Under the pieces are notes generated by a model that searched no databases, had not been told where the DNA came from, and was given only the letters and a program-made list of their open reading frames with translations. From positions 12,958,001 to 13,022,000 of the forward strand of contig CM120646.1 of assembly GCA_051362555.1 (NCBI GenBank): DNA of 64,000 nt. The letters run 5' to 3'. A program made the position numbers and the translations under genes. This DNA is from Lingula anatina (lineage: Eukaryota; Animalia; Brachiopoda). Positions 63,624 to 64,000 of the stretch are shown piece by piece (positions within the stretch are counted from its first letter, which is position 1; every line of letters starts with the position of its first letter).

Positions 63624-63961
63624 AGGGATAATAACTCTTCGTATGAAATCTGTATTTCACAATAAAAACATTGTGAATGACTCATAAAAATATAATATAT
63701 TCTGTTTTCCCTCAAAAAACAGCTGTTATAGCTATAATTCTGATATCTGAGCTTGTCTTTAGACCACGTGACCTCCATTGATGGCTATAATCTGTTAAAA
63801 TCTCTTAAGAGATTTTAACAAAAAACCAAACTTTTTAGAAAAAAACCAGGGCCTAACTTTGAATGTAAAAATGGATTCATTAACCATTGGTAAGTATGGG
63901 AAAATTGTTGTTTACTCCAGGAAAATTCATTTTTTGGCCGAAACGAAGAGTTATTATCCCT
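63624..63961. mobile_element. Non-autonomous TTAA-type DNA transposon (Kolobok-like)
   Basis: TTAA|AGGGATAATAACTCTTCGT...ACGAAGAGTTATTATCCCT|TTAA; inverted homolog of 8200-8533. Confidence 0.9.
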
Positions 63962-64000
63962 TTAATTACAGGGGAGTAGGAGCCTGGCCAGACAGGCAGG

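Overview
AT-rich, CpG-depleted eukaryotic (animal, probably invertebrate; inference) genomic DNA with spliceosomal GT-AG introns. Three host genes: (1) a minus-strand multi-exon C2H2 zinc-finger gene (ATG 7392, running off the left edge) that starts with the NuRD-recruiting peptide [12 protein letters not shown]; (2) head-to-head with it, 229 bp away, a complete 15-exon cytoplasmic aspartyl-tRNA synthetase (7622-19094, 535 aa) with a yeast-type Lys-rich N-terminal extension; (3) a convergent single-coding-exon GT31 beta-1,3-galactosyltransferase (22871-24058, minus) preceded by an in-frame 5-codon uORF. I found no convincing protein-coding gene in 24.1-54 kb; it holds many MITEs (PIF/Harbinger-like with TWA TSDs, one MULE-like element with a 9-bp TSD, one element with a 6-bp TSD), mini/microsatellites and candidate non-coding exons. 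56.4-63.5 kb is the most unusual part: a decayed, internally duplicated mosaic with six copies of a herpesvirus-tegument-type (peptidase C76-like) deubiquitinase module, a PIF1 helicase C-terminus, two Polinton-like protein-primed PolB fragments, a Gypsy RT fragment and a spliced Cys/His-rich gene fragment, all on the + strand. All protein family calls come from motif recognition by eye; no database searches were run.
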